Positions 29,095-39,607 of a stretch of 64,000 nucleotides of DNA are shown here, one piece after another (within the stretch, counting starts at the first letter, position 1; each line of letters opens with the position of its first letter). The notes beneath the pieces are model-generated. The model was not told the DNA's origin. It searched no databases and saw nothing but the letters and a program-made list of their open reading frames with translations. Where the stretch lies: NCBI GenBank assembly GCA_047611265.1, contig JBLFWM010000004.1:4771-68770 (forward strand), written 5' to 3'. Origin of the DNA: Gammaproteobacteria bacterium (GTDB taxonomy: Bacteria > Pseudomonadota > Gammaproteobacteria > GCA-002705445 > GCA-002716945). A program made the translations under genes and the position numbers.

Positions 29095-29474
29095 CTAGGA
29101 ATATTTTTGTATCCGTTATTTTTTTTAAATGATTGCAGCTTTTCATCTAATGAAATAAATTCTTTAAGGGCAGGATCGGAATCATATTTTTCACCTCCTC
29201 TTTTAATAGCAAAATGGGCTGCACTTCGGTCTTTACAAATTTCACTATATGCATTGCGCCCAATAGAATCTAAAGAAAGATAAAATTCTTCACAATCTAC
29301 TAAAACTCCTTTCCCAATCTTATCCTTATCTTTATTAGTTAGACGTCTAAAACTGCCAGTCAACTCTTTAACTTGACTAAGAGTCCAACTTTTACCAAGA
29401 TTAGATTTTAGGTCTCTTTCCTTTCGTAACTGATTGTCCCAATCAATTACTCTATCCTTACTGATCTCTGTCAT
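29091..29474 (-). CDS. hypothetical protein
   Basis: 127-aa charged protein, convergent with yedK and overlapping it by 4 nt. No known motif. Confidence 0.3.
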   Translation of the reverse strand: MTEISKDRVIDWDNQLRKERDLKSNLGKSWTLSQVKELTGSFRRLTNKDKDKIGKGVLVDCEEFYLSLDSIGRNAYSEICKDRSAAHFAIKRGGEKYDSDPALKEFISLDEKLQSFKKNNGYKNIPS

Positions 29475-29661
29475 AATTATTCATCCTTAAACGCACAACA
29501 AAATAACCAAATTAAGAAAAAAAATACAACTATTGATGTGATCATAGCTTCTCCTCTTTCTTTAAGTATGTGCCTAATCATCACTATTTCAAGAGGATAT
29601 TTTCAATAATTTATGTTATGAAGAAAAATTATTTACTATATTAGCAATATAGTTTTAAACC

Positions 29662-30057
29662 TTATTTTTTCACATATTTTTGTTTAGAAGGAATAACTCC
29701 TCTAACGCCGCCACGTGGATTTTCGATATCACCAACACGTCTTGGAAATAAATGGATATGTAAATGGAATACAGACTGTCCAGCTGCTATACCATCATTT
29801 GCACCTAAGTTAAAAGCTTCTACTGTTGGATCAATCGAGACTATTTCATCTCTTTGATGCTTTAAGATTTGGTGAACAGAAGCTTGTTCATCAATATTCA
29901 TATCAAAAAAAGATGCAAAATGTCTTTTTGGAATAATTAATGTATGTAGTTTTGTTACAGGATAACTATCTCGAGTTGCAATAAAAAATTCATTCTCATA
30001 AGCTATTTCATCTTCATAACCCTTTTTTTGAATTTTACAAAATAGACATTCTGACAT
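29662..30057 (-). CDS. HIT-family hydrolase
   Basis: Histidine-triad motif HLHIHL. Confidence 0.8.
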   Translation of the reverse strand: MSECLFCKIQKKGYEDEIAYENEFFIATRDSYPVTKLHTLIIPKRHFASFFDMNIDEQASVHQILKHQRDEIVSIDPTVEAFNLGANDGIAAGQSVFHLHIHLFPRRVGDIENPRGGVRGVIPSKQKYVKK

Positions 30058-30338
30058 TAAAGTATTACTCCATTATGAATATAAGTTATGGTTGGCATAT
30101 ATATTAATGCCATTAATAAAGGTGAAGTTAAAACTCCAAAAATAGAAAAGAGTATTCCTATTATACCTGCTATATATTCTTTATTTGTAAGAGCAAGTAT
30201 ACCAAAGATAAAAGCAATTGGACTTAATAAAAAAGATAGAATAAATATACCAATAAACCCAAAAATAATACTAAGGCTCCCATAATTCCGGGCATATTCT
30301 CTTATTATAATCTGAGGCTTCTGGTCATTCATCTTCAA
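30057..30338 (-). CDS. small membrane protein (DUF4190-like)
   Basis: 93 aa, two to three TM helices, Gly-rich. Confidence 0.35.
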   Translation of the reverse strand: MKMNDQKPQIIIREYARNYGSLSIIFGFIGIFILSFLLSPIAFIFGILALTNKEYIAGIIGILFSIFGVLTSPLLMALIYMPTITYIHNGVIL

Positions 30339-30341
30339 TGC

Positions 30342-30644
30342 TTACTTGTAATGTTTTCTTCTTTCAGAAAACAGTTTAACTCTTTTTCTCCAATGTTTAT
30401 AAGAATTATTTGTAATATTATTTTTCATTATTTTCTTAACGCTATCTTCACTAAGACCATATTGTAGATTAATAGCTTTAAAACTAACATCATCAGAAAG
30501 AGCCATCTGAATGATTTCACTAATATCAGTTTGCGTTAACTCTTTGTTCATTCTACTGTTACTGATTTGTTTTGTTTTAAGGAACTTCCTGCCACTCTTA
30601 ATATCATACCCTAATGACTTTTTATTCTCATCATGATAAATCAT
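30342..30644 (-). CDS. TIGR03643/DUF2805-family protein
   Basis: Segment ISEIIQMALSDDVSFKAINLQYGLSEDSVKKIMKNN...HWRKRV resembles the TIGR03643 conserved core. Confidence 0.45.
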   Translation of the reverse strand: MIYHDENKKSLGYDIKSGRKFLKTKQISNSRMNKELTQTDISEIIQMALSDDVSFKAINLQYGLSEDSVKKIMKNNITNNSYKHWRKRVKLFSERRKHYK

Positions 30645-30673
30645 TTAATCTTCGGTTTTTGTCGTAACAGTAA

Positions 30674-32455
30674 TTATTTTGATGACTCTTTCTGAAGATT
30701 CCACATCTGAAAATATAACCCTTTTGTACTGAGAAGATAATCGTGATCACCGCTTTCAATAATTTTACCATTATCTAAAACATAAATATTATATGCGTCT
30801 TTAATAGTTGAAAGTCTATGAGCAATAACTAAAGATGTAATATTTTTTGAAATTGTATTCATTGAATTTAAAATTTTACTTTCTGATTTTGAATCTAAGC
30901 TTGAGGTGGCTTCATCAAATAATATTATTTTAGGTTTTTTTAGCACTGCTCTTGCGATAGCAATTCTTTGTTTTTCTCCACCAGATAATTTTAATCCCCT
31001 TTCACCAACTATAGTATCGTACTTCTCTGGAAGACTGTCTATAAAGTGATGAACATTTGCTAAAGTTGCAGCTTTTATTACATCTTCTTTACTTGAAGTG
31101 TGATCAGCATATTGTATATTGAAAAAAATACTTTCGTTAAATAGAACTGTATCTTGAGGTACCACGGCTATATTTTTATGAAGGCTATATTGTGAGCAAT
31201 TAACAATATTTTGATCATCTATTGAAATAATACCTTCATTAGAATTATAAAATCTAAATAGAAGCCTTCCTATAGTAGATTTTCCTGCTCCTGAAGGACC
31301 AACAATTGCAATTTTTTTACCAGCAGGTATGTCTAGAGAAATATTTTTCAAAATACTTCTATTTTTGTTATAGGAAAAAGAAACATTCTTAAATTTTATA
31401 CTGCCAGACTTTACAACTAGATCCTGGGCATATTTTTTATCAACAATTTCAATATTTTTATCCAATAACTTTAATAACATATTCATATCTGCTAATGCAT
31501 ATATAATTTGCCTATAAACTATACCTAAAGTATTTAAAGGTACAAAAAGTTGTAGCATTAATGCATTCACAAGAACTAAGTCGCCTAAAGTCATTGATCC
31601 ATCTACAACCCCAGATGATGCAAAAATCATTATAAAGGTTACGCCAATGGTAATAATTATAGCTTGACCAAAATTTAGTAGTGACATGGTCGTCATACTT
31701 TGCATTGCTGCCTTCTCCCACTTAAACAAAACATCACCGTATCTTTTAATTTCATATTGCTCATTATTAAAATACTTAACAGTTTCATAATTTAATAAAC
31801 TGTCGACAGCAATAGAACTTGCTTCAGAATCAAGACGGTTCATATCGTGTCTAAAATTCATTCTCCAATTAGTTACCTTTAGAGTAAATAATATATAAAT
31901 AATAATTGTTAAAAATATTATTAATGTAAAATTAATATCATAAGTTGTAAGTAAAATAGCTCCGACAAGAAAAACCTCAACAACTGTTGGTAAAATAATA
32001 AACATCATGTAGTTAATTAGAGATGATAAGCTTTGAGTTCCTCTTTCAAGATCTCTAATAATTGATCCAGTTTGTTTTTCTAAATGAAATCGCAAAGACA
32101 TTTTATGAAGATGGTCTAAAACTTTTACTGATATTTTATAAACAGCATGGTATCTAACCTTTGCAAATAGAACATCTCTAAGTTCATTAAAAAAAGCCGT
32201 AGTGAGTCTTAGTGAGCCATATGCAATTAGAAGCCCAAGAGGTAAAATTAATAAAGTTTTTTCACTATTAAGAGAATCTACTATCTCTTTTAATAAAATT
32301 GGAACTGCAACAGTTGCTAATTTTGCAATTATTAAAAATAATAAAGCAAATATTACTCTTGATTTAAAATCCCATATGTATGGAAACATTTTTAAGATAT
32401 TACCTAAATCTGTTCTATCTTTTTCAGGTATCTCTGTTCTTGAAGTAAAAAGCAT
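30674..32455 (-). CDS. ABC transporter, fused permease/ATPase (ABCB/Atm1-type exporter)
   Basis: Six-TM N-terminal domain plus NBD with Walker A GPSGAGKST, signature LSGGEKQRIAIARA, Walker B ILFDEATSSLD. Confidence 0.85.
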   Translation of the reverse strand: MLFTSRTEIPEKDRTDLGNILKMFPYIWDFKSRVIFALLFLIIAKLATVAVPILLKEIVDSLNSEKTLLILPLGLLIAYGSLRLTTAFFNELRDVLFAKVRYHAVYKISVKVLDHLHKMSLRFHLEKQTGSIIRDLERGTQSLSSLINYMMFIILPTVVEVFLVGAILLTTYDINFTLIIFLTIIIYILFTLKVTNWRMNFRHDMNRLDSEASSIAVDSLLNYETVKYFNNEQYEIKRYGDVLFKWEKAAMQSMTTMSLLNFGQAIIITIGVTFIMIFASSGVVDGSMTLGDLVLVNALMLQLFVPLNTLGIVYRQIIYALADMNMLLKLLDKNIEIVDKKYAQDLVVKSGSIKFKNVSFSYNKNRSILKNISLDIPAGKKIAIVGPSGAGKSTIGRLLFRFYNSNEGIISIDDQNIVNCSQYSLHKNIAVVPQDTVLFNESIFFNIQYADHTSSKEDVIKAATLANVHHFIDSLPEKYDTIVGERGLKLSGGEKQRIAIARAVLKKPKIILFDEATSSLDSKSESKILNSMNTISKNITSLVIAHRLSTIKDAYNIYVLDNGKIIESGDHDYLLSTKGLYFQMWNLQKESSK

Positions 32456-32549
32456 ATTATTAAATCATTAAAGTATTAAAAAATTATTATAATTCAGCAG
32501 GGGTATTTTAGATACAGCTACTTTAATGGGGTATTAGACCAGATAGAAT

Positions 32550-32591
32550 ATACCCATCCTGCCAAAAGGGACTACTCCACTGTGACTGAAT
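32550..32591 (+). repeat. direct repeat copy 1 of the glmS 3'-terminal codons plus flanking sequence (att-like)
   Basis: ATACCCATCCTGCCAAAAGGGACTACTCCACTGTGACTGAAT. The reverse complement encodes ...SVTVE-stop, like the true glmS C-terminus. Confidence 0.7.
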
Positions 32592-32793
32592 GTTTTTGGA
32601 TGGACATGATGGTCATCGGCATCAACATATTGTGTTTCCTTAGTTTTTTGAGTTTTCTTCTTTCGTACATATCCAGTCCTATGTTGACCTTGATTTTAAC
32701 ATAATTCATTGATTTAAATTAATTACAAAATAAAATGAATCATGTTAAAATCACGATTCATTTTGAAAATAATTCTTTAAGTAAGATTAATAT

Positions 32794-33732
32794 ATGAAAA
32801 CAATCAACCATAATATTAAATTGTTATATAAATTCAACTTATCTGATAAAGATAGTCTTAAAATTTTTAATGAATCAACTAGAGATGTAACTAATTTAAA
32901 TGTATTAAAGTGTATCAAGTCTGATGTTATAGTCCTTGAAAGGTTAGTATTACCTGAGGATTATTATGAAAAAAATATTCACTACACTGATAAGTTTAAA
33001 GGAAGCACTGTAACAACTAAAGATGTTATTGAATCCAAACCACTTGAAGATGATGTTAGAAGGTTTGAATTACACAAAGAATTGATTAAAGGATCTGAGA
33101 TATTAGACTTTGGATGTGGGCGAGGTGGTTTTATTCAACTATCAAAGAACATTTCAAAAAGATCTGTAGGTTTGGAACTTAATAAAATAAATAGAGAATA
33201 TATAAATAATAGTGGTGTTCAATGTGTAAATACATTATCAGAATTAAATGATGATAAATTTGATCTAATAACATTAAATCATGTATTTGAACATTTAAAT
33301 GACCCAATTAATATTCTGATTGAATTGCAAAAATATCTAAAGGATGATGGGATTATTATTATTGAAGTTCCACATGCTAGAGATTTATTGTTAGAAACAT
33401 TCAATCTCGAATCTTTTAAAAACTTCACATTATGGAGTGAACATTTAATATTACATACTAAAAAGTCACTAGAAATATTTGCTACGAATAGTGGGTTACA
33501 CATGAAAAGCATGAGGGGTTTCCAAAGATATCCAATTTCGAATCATTATAATTGGTTATTAAATGGTCAACCATCTGGTCATGAAATTTTTGATACTCTA
33601 AATAATGATGATTTTCATAGTCATTATGAAAAATTACTTGATAGTATTGATCAAACTGATACTTTAATAGGTTACTTTGAAAAAAACTTAAATATTAAAA
33701 TACCCTGCCCAAACAAAACTACTCCACTGTGA
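32794..33732 (+). CDS. class I SAM-dependent methyltransferase (cargo of islet A)
   Basis: Motif I ILDFGCGRGG. Post-I acidic residue and Methyltransf_23-like organisation. Its last 10 codons are supplied by repeat copy 2. Confidence 0.7.
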   Translation: MKTINHNIKLLYKFNLSDKDSLKIFNESTRDVTNLNVLKCIKSDVIVLERLVLPEDYYEKNIHYTDKFKGSTVTTKDVIESKPLEDDVRRFELHKELIKGSEILDFGCGRGGFIQLSKNISKRSVGLELNKINREYINNSGVQCVNTLSELNDDKFDLITLNHVFEHLNDPINILIELQKYLKDDGIIIIEVPHARDLLLETFNLESFKNFTLWSEHLILHTKKSLEIFATNSGLHMKSMRGFQRYPISNHYNWLLNGQPSGHEIFDTLNNDDFHSHYEKLLDSIDQTDTLIGYFEKNLNIKIPCPNKTTPL

Positions 33733-33738
33733 TGGAAT
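33700..33738 (+). repeat. direct repeat copy 2 of the glmS 3'-end mimic
   Basis: ATACCCTGCCCAAACAAAACTACTCCACTGTGATGGAAT. The reverse complement encodes ...ITVE-stop. Confidence 0.7.
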
Positions 33739-33761
33739 TGGTATTGGAGGTGATAGTGTAA

Positions 33762-34169
33762 TTATTCATTTTTCTCAATAAAACTGCACTTAAAGTGAAA
33801 TGTTGTAGTCTGACCACTTTGATGGTTTAATACCATTTTTCTTGCCGGTTGAACAAAATCAACAAATGACCTCGATTTTATAACCGCACTACTACTACTT
33901 TTAGCAACTTTAGGGAGACTTACACAAGTCCCACCAAGTTTACTTGTTTCAATTTCTCGGATGTTTTCATCGTTGCTTGTACACCAATCAACCCATTTTA
34001 TTTCTTTCCGTACTTCAATTTTTTTGAATAAACCAAACAAATTCTCTGAGTATTTATAGACATGTATATTATTTTTTTTATCAGTTTGTTGGCATTTTAT
34101 TATTATATCCTCAGCAAACACCTGCGAAGAAAATAAGAGTAAACAAATTGTGAGTAGTTTGGTTTTCAT
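33762..34169 (-). CDS. secreted hypothetical protein (cargo of islet B)
   Basis: Signal peptide MKTKLLTICLLLFSSQVFA. 135 aa, several Cys, no known motif. Confidence 0.4.
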   Translation of the reverse strand: MKTKLLTICLLLFSSQVFAEDIIIKCQQTDKKNNIHVYKYSENLFGLFKKIEVRKEIKWVDWCTSNDENIREIETSKLGGTCVSLPKVAKSSSSAVIKSRSFVDFVQPARKMVLNHQSGQTTTFHFKCSFIEKNE

Positions 34170-34201
34170 ATTCTCTTTATAGCAATTTTTTTTACTTTTG
34201 A

Positions 34202-34555
34202 CTAACTGTAATTGATATAAATGATTCTCATGTCCTTTAATGTGAATTCATATTTCCTTTTTCGGACATCTCTTATCCTTGTATCCCTTTCTTTCTTTCT
34301 TTTGAGTACAGAATGGACACTAGAGTTTGTAAACTTCTTGCCCCTTTCGGATTTGATTCCAGAACGATTCAAGAATGTAGATATCTTCCGATAACCCATT
34401 TCTCTTTTTTCATACAAGTACTGGATAAGAATATAAATGATATTCTGTCTGACTGAATATTCTTGAAGATATATTAAGTCATTAGATTGGATGATTGTTG
34501 TGAAACACAAGTGTGGTATAGAACCTGATAGGACATACCCACCCTGTCCAACCAA
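34202..34555 (-). pseudogene. truncated large-serine-recombinase-like fragment (recombinase-domain remnant)
   Basis: GYRKISTFLNRSGIKSERGKKFTNSSVHSVLKRKK resembles the recombinase domain (G.s...IA..LN..GI.T..G..W....V..IL.N) of large serine recombinases. No catalytic N-terminal domain. TTG start inside repeat copy 3. Abuts the glmS stop. Confidence 0.35.
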
Positions 34556-34577
34556 AACTACTCCACCGTGACTGATT
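34535..34577 (+). repeat. direct repeat copy 3: the authentic glmS 3' end plus downstream sequence
   Basis: ATACCCACCCTGTCCAACCAAAACTACTCCACCGTGACTGATT. Contains the real glmS stop (reverse complement ...KSVTVE-stop). Confidence 0.7.
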
Positions 34578-36384
34578 TAGCTAAATTACGAGGCTGATCA
34601 ATATTTGTTTTTTTAAAAATAGCTACATGGTAAGAAAGTAATTGCATAGGTATCACATAAACTAGTGGCGCAATATAGTGCCCACAAGCCGGCATGGCAA
34701 TAATTTTAGTTTTATCGCTTTTCTTTAATTTCATTTTTTTATTAGTAAAAATGTATACAAGACCATGTCTTGCTTTTACTTCAGACAAATTAGAAAGCAC
34801 CTGATTTACAAGATTATTATCAGGCATTAACCCAACAACAGGCATATCTTTATCAACTAATGCCAATGGCCCATGTTTTAATTCTCCAGCAGCATAACCT
34901 TCGGCATGAATATAACTAATCTCTTTTAATTTAAGCGCTGCTTCTAATGCGATCGGGTAGGATGCTCCTCGTCCTAAAAATAGAGTATGACTCTTATTTT
35001 TTAATTGTTTTGCCATTACTTTCATATCTTTTTCAAGCTCAAAAGTTTTATCTAAAATTCTTGGTAATGTTTTAATTTGTTTTACAATTTCATGCTCAAC
35101 AGACTGTTTGCTAGAGGATCTCGATAGAGTTGTTGATAATAATAGTAATGCTATTAATTGTGATGTAAATGCTTTAGTTGATGCCACACTTATTTCTGGG
35201 CCAGCTTGCATTAAATAACTGTAATCTGATAAACGAGTTATTGTGCTCTCTGGAACATTACATATAGATAAAATAGATTTATAGTTGCTAGACTTTGCTT
35301 TTTTTACAGAATATATTGTATCAGCAGTTTCACCAGACTGTGATATTGCAACAAATAATGTGTCGTTTGGTACATTGATTGTTCTGTACCTATACTCACT
35401 AGCTATTTCAGCTGTACACATAATATCTGATAACTCTTCAATCCAATATTTAGCAATAAGCGATGCATTATAACTTGTGCCGCAAGCAACAAAATGTACA
35501 TGTTTTATAGACTTAAGCATGTCATCAGATTTAGGTCCAAAAATATTTGGTAATATTGTTTTACTCCCCAGCCTGTCTTTAATAACTCTTCCTATAATAT
35601 CTTTCTGCTCAAATATTTCTTTTTGCATATAATGCTTAAACCCATCTTTTGATACTGTCTTATTACTCTGCTTAGTAACTGATGGAGCTCTAGTTATTTT
35701 TTTACCACTTTGATTATAGAGAGAAACATTATCTTTAGAAACTATTGCTAATTCATTATCTTCAAGAGGTATATATTTTTTTGTTTTACTAATTAGCGCA
35801 TGTATATCAGATGCTATATAAGTAGCATTCTTACTAATGCCTATCAACAATGGACTTCCATTTGATGCAACAATAATACTGTCAGGGTTTTCTTGATGTA
35901 TAACAGCAAGCGCAAAAGATCCTTTTAATTTATCAAGAGCTGATAAAACTATTTCTAGCAAACCTTTTTTTTTCGTTACGCAAGAGGCCAATAAATGCGC
36001 TATCACCTCTGAATCTGTATCTGATGTAAATTTAAAGCCTTTTTTTATTAGAATTAATTTAAGTTCATCTGAATTTTCAATAATTCCATTATGCACAATT
36101 GAAAAAGGGCCTGAATTATGTGGGTGTGAATTTTTAAGATTTGGGGTACCATGTGTGGCCCAACGTGTATGAGCTATCCCGCATTTACCTGTCGCCTTAG
36201 ATTTCGCTAGTAGTTTCTTTAATTCCTTAACTTTACCAGTGCATCTAATTCTTTTTATCTTAGATGATTTAGAAATAAGAGATAAACCAGCTGAATCATA
36301 CCCTCTGTATTCTAATTTAAATAAACCCTCAATAAGATCTTTTTGTATATCTGTTGAAGAGACGGCACCAAATATACCGCACAT
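34558..36384 (-). CDS. glmS: glutamine--fructose-6-phosphate aminotransferase
   Basis: N-terminal MCGIFG (Ntn Cys), two SIS domains, C-terminal ...AKSVTVE. 608 aa. Confidence 0.95.
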   Translation of the reverse strand: MCGIFGAVSSTDIQKDLIEGLFKLEYRGYDSAGLSLISKSSKIKRIRCTGKVKELKKLLAKSKATGKCGIAHTRWATHGTPNLKNSHPHNSGPFSIVHNGIIENSDELKLILIKKGFKFTSDTDSEVIAHLLASCVTKKKGLLEIVLSALDKLKGSFALAVIHQENPDSIIVASNGSPLLIGISKNATYIASDIHALISKTKKYIPLEDNELAIVSKDNVSLYNQSGKKITRAPSVTKQSNKTVSKDGFKHYMQKEIFEQKDIIGRVIKDRLGSKTILPNIFGPKSDDMLKSIKHVHFVACGTSYNASLIAKYWIEELSDIMCTAEIASEYRYRTINVPNDTLFVAISQSGETADTIYSVKKAKSSNYKSILSICNVPESTITRLSDYSYLMQAGPEISVASTKAFTSQLIALLLLSTTLSRSSSKQSVEHEIVKQIKTLPRILDKTFELEKDMKVMAKQLKNKSHTLFLGRGASYPIALEAALKLKEISYIHAEGYAAGELKHGPLALVDKDMPVVGLMPDNNLVNQVLSNLSEVKARHGLVYIFTNKKMKLKKSDKTKIIAMPACGHYIAPLVYVIPMQLLSYHVAIFKKTNIDQPRNLAKSVTVE

Positions 36385-37760
36385 TATTTACTACCTTTTG
36401 TGGCCTTGCTTTTCCATCTTGGTATAGAAATTTGTTTGCTCCGTGCGATAGTTAAGCTTCCACCACCGGGCGTGTCTTTAGTAACAGTTGATCCAGCTGC
36501 AATATAAGAACCTTTCCCAATTTTAACTGGAGCGACTAATCTTGTACCAGAACCAATAAATGAATTCGCTTCAATTATAGTTTTATATTTCTTTTCTCCA
36601 TCATAATTACAAGTGATGCAACCTGCGCCAACATTAATATCTGCGCCAAGTTCTGCATCCCCGATATAACTAAGATGGTTAATTTTAGTTCTACTTCCTA
36701 TCGTGGAGTTTTTAACCTCAACGAAATTTCCAACCTGCGCATCATTTTTTAAAACAGTGCCGGGTCTTATTCTTGCATAAGGACCCACAATGCAATTATC
36801 ACCAATTGTTGCCCCGAATATAATTGTGTTGGGTTTGATATGTACATTTTTACCAATCTTACATCTGTTTAGATAACAATTATGGCCAATAGTAGTATTA
36901 GAGCCAATCGTAACTTTATCTTCAAAGATACAGTTAATATCAATCTCTACATCTTTTTGAACTTTTAAATCACCTTTAATATCGGTTCTCATTACATCTC
37001 TAATTAAGACACCTTTGTTAAGCAAGTCATTAGCTTTTTTAATTAGTAATTTACGTTCTAAACCTACTAAGTCTTTTTTAGAATTTATGCCCATAGTTTC
37101 TATATCATTCTTAATAGTATAACTTGATATTTTATAATCATTATCGCTCAAAAGCTTAATTATATCCGTCAGGTAATACTCTTTTTGTTTATTATTATTT
37201 TTAATCTTACCAATAAACTTTCTTAACACTCCTTCATTAACACATATTATACCTGTATTGATTTCATTAATTTTTTTTATTTTACCATCAGCATCTTTTT
37301 CCTCAATAATTCCAACTATCTTTTTATTATTTCTAATAATTCTTCCATAGCCAGTTGGGTTTTCTTGCATATATGTTCCTAAACATAAATCTGAATTATC
37401 AAGTTTTGAAATCATTTTTTTAAGTGTCACTGGGGATATAAAAGGGACGTCTCCACATAGTATTAATATTTTATTATTTTTATTTACTGGCATTGATCTT
37501 ATAGCAGTTTTAACTGCATCTGCAGTTCCATAGGGATTTTTCTGATCAACGCTTTTTACTTTATTTTTTTGGATAAAGTCTTTTAATTGTTGTGGCGAAT
37601 TACCTAGGACACAAATTATATTTTTAGAATTTATAGATTTCGCAGCTCTATAAACATGTTCGATAATATGTTCGCCTGATATCTTGAATAATAATTTAGA
37701 TTTTAGTGATAGCATTCTGGTACTTTTCCCAGCTGCTAATATAATAGTTGTTAATGACAC
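36384..37760 (-). CDS. glmU: bifunctional UDP-GlcNAc pyrophosphorylase / GlcN-1-P acetyltransferase
   Basis: N-terminal LAAGKSTRM nucleotidyltransferase motif. C-terminal left-handed beta-helix hexapeptide repeats. Confidence 0.95.
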   Translation of the reverse strand: MSLTTIILAAGKSTRMLSLKSKLLFKISGEHIIEHVYRAAKSINSKNIICVLGNSPQQLKDFIQKNKVKSVDQKNPYGTADAVKTAIRSMPVNKNNKILILCGDVPFISPVTLKKMISKLDNSDLCLGTYMQENPTGYGRIIRNNKKIVGIIEEKDADGKIKKINEINTGIICVNEGVLRKFIGKIKNNNKQKEYYLTDIIKLLSDNDYKISSYTIKNDIETMGINSKKDLVGLERKLLIKKANDLLNKGVLIRDVMRTDIKGDLKVQKDVEIDINCIFEDKVTIGSNTTIGHNCYLNRCKIGKNVHIKPNTIIFGATIGDNCIVGPYARIRPGTVLKNDAQVGNFVEVKNSTIGSRTKINHLSYIGDAELGADINVGAGCITCNYDGEKKYKTIIEANSFIGSGTRLVAPVKIGKGSYIAAGSTVTKDTPGGGSLTIARSKQISIPRWKSKATKGSK

Positions 37761-37780
37761 TTTAGGTCTCCCGGCTAAGA

Positions 37781-38203
37781 CTATCTCTTACCCTTCAGCT
37801 TTTTGATTAACCTTAGCTGTGCGGCAGCTTGTGCTAATTCTGTTTTTGCTTTGACCAAATCCATGTCGCTATTGCTATTCTCCATTGCTTTTTTTGCCGC
37901 TAACTCAGATTTCTTAGCTCTATCTTCATCTAAATCTGATTCTCTAATAGCTGTATCAGATAGAATGGTCACTGCATTAGGTTGAATTTCTAATATCCCC
38001 CCACTAATGAAAAAGATCTTTGTTTCACTGTCTGATATTTGTGCTCTTACATCACCAGCTTTTAGCTTTGTCAGCAATGGAGTATGTTTAGGAGTTATCC
38101 CAACCTCACCCATTTCTGCCGGCGCATACACCATCTGAACTTCTGCTGAAAATAATTCTTCTTCAGCACTTACAATATCTAGTCTCATTGTTTTATCTGA
38201 CAT
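37781..38203 (-). CDS. atpC: F0F1 ATP synthase epsilon subunit
   Basis: Position and sequence within the atp operon. Confidence 0.9.
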   Translation of the reverse strand: MSDKTMRLDIVSAEEELFSAEVQMVYAPAEMGEVGITPKHTPLLTKLKAGDVRAQISDSETKIFFISGGILEIQPNAVTILSDTAIRESDLDEDRAKKSELAAKKAMENSNSDMDLVKAKTELAQAAAQLRLIKKLKGKR

Positions 38204-38205
38204 TA

Positions 38206-39582
<1,377 letters not shown>

Positions 39583-39607
39583 TTAATATGCTCCGTTTCT
39601 TAATTAA

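Larger units (their letters stand above)
32461..34557. mobile_element. two tandem decayed insertion islets at the glmS 3' end, each bounded by a duplicated glmS 3'-end (att-like) repeat
   Basis: Three direct roughly 40-bp repeats (32550, 33700, 34535), all mimicking the glmS terminal codons. Between them: a SAM methyltransferase, a secreted protein and a truncated recombinase-like fragment abutting glmS. Location matches the attTn7-type hotspot downstream of glmS. Confidence 0.45.

Noticed and set aside
32461-34577. Tn7 or Tn7-like transposon at attTn7
   Set aside because: Location fits, but no TnsB-type 22-bp terminal repeats, no tnsABCD-like genes, and the duplications are about 40 bp gene-end mimics rather than 5-bp target-site duplications. 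An integrase-type element is more consistent.
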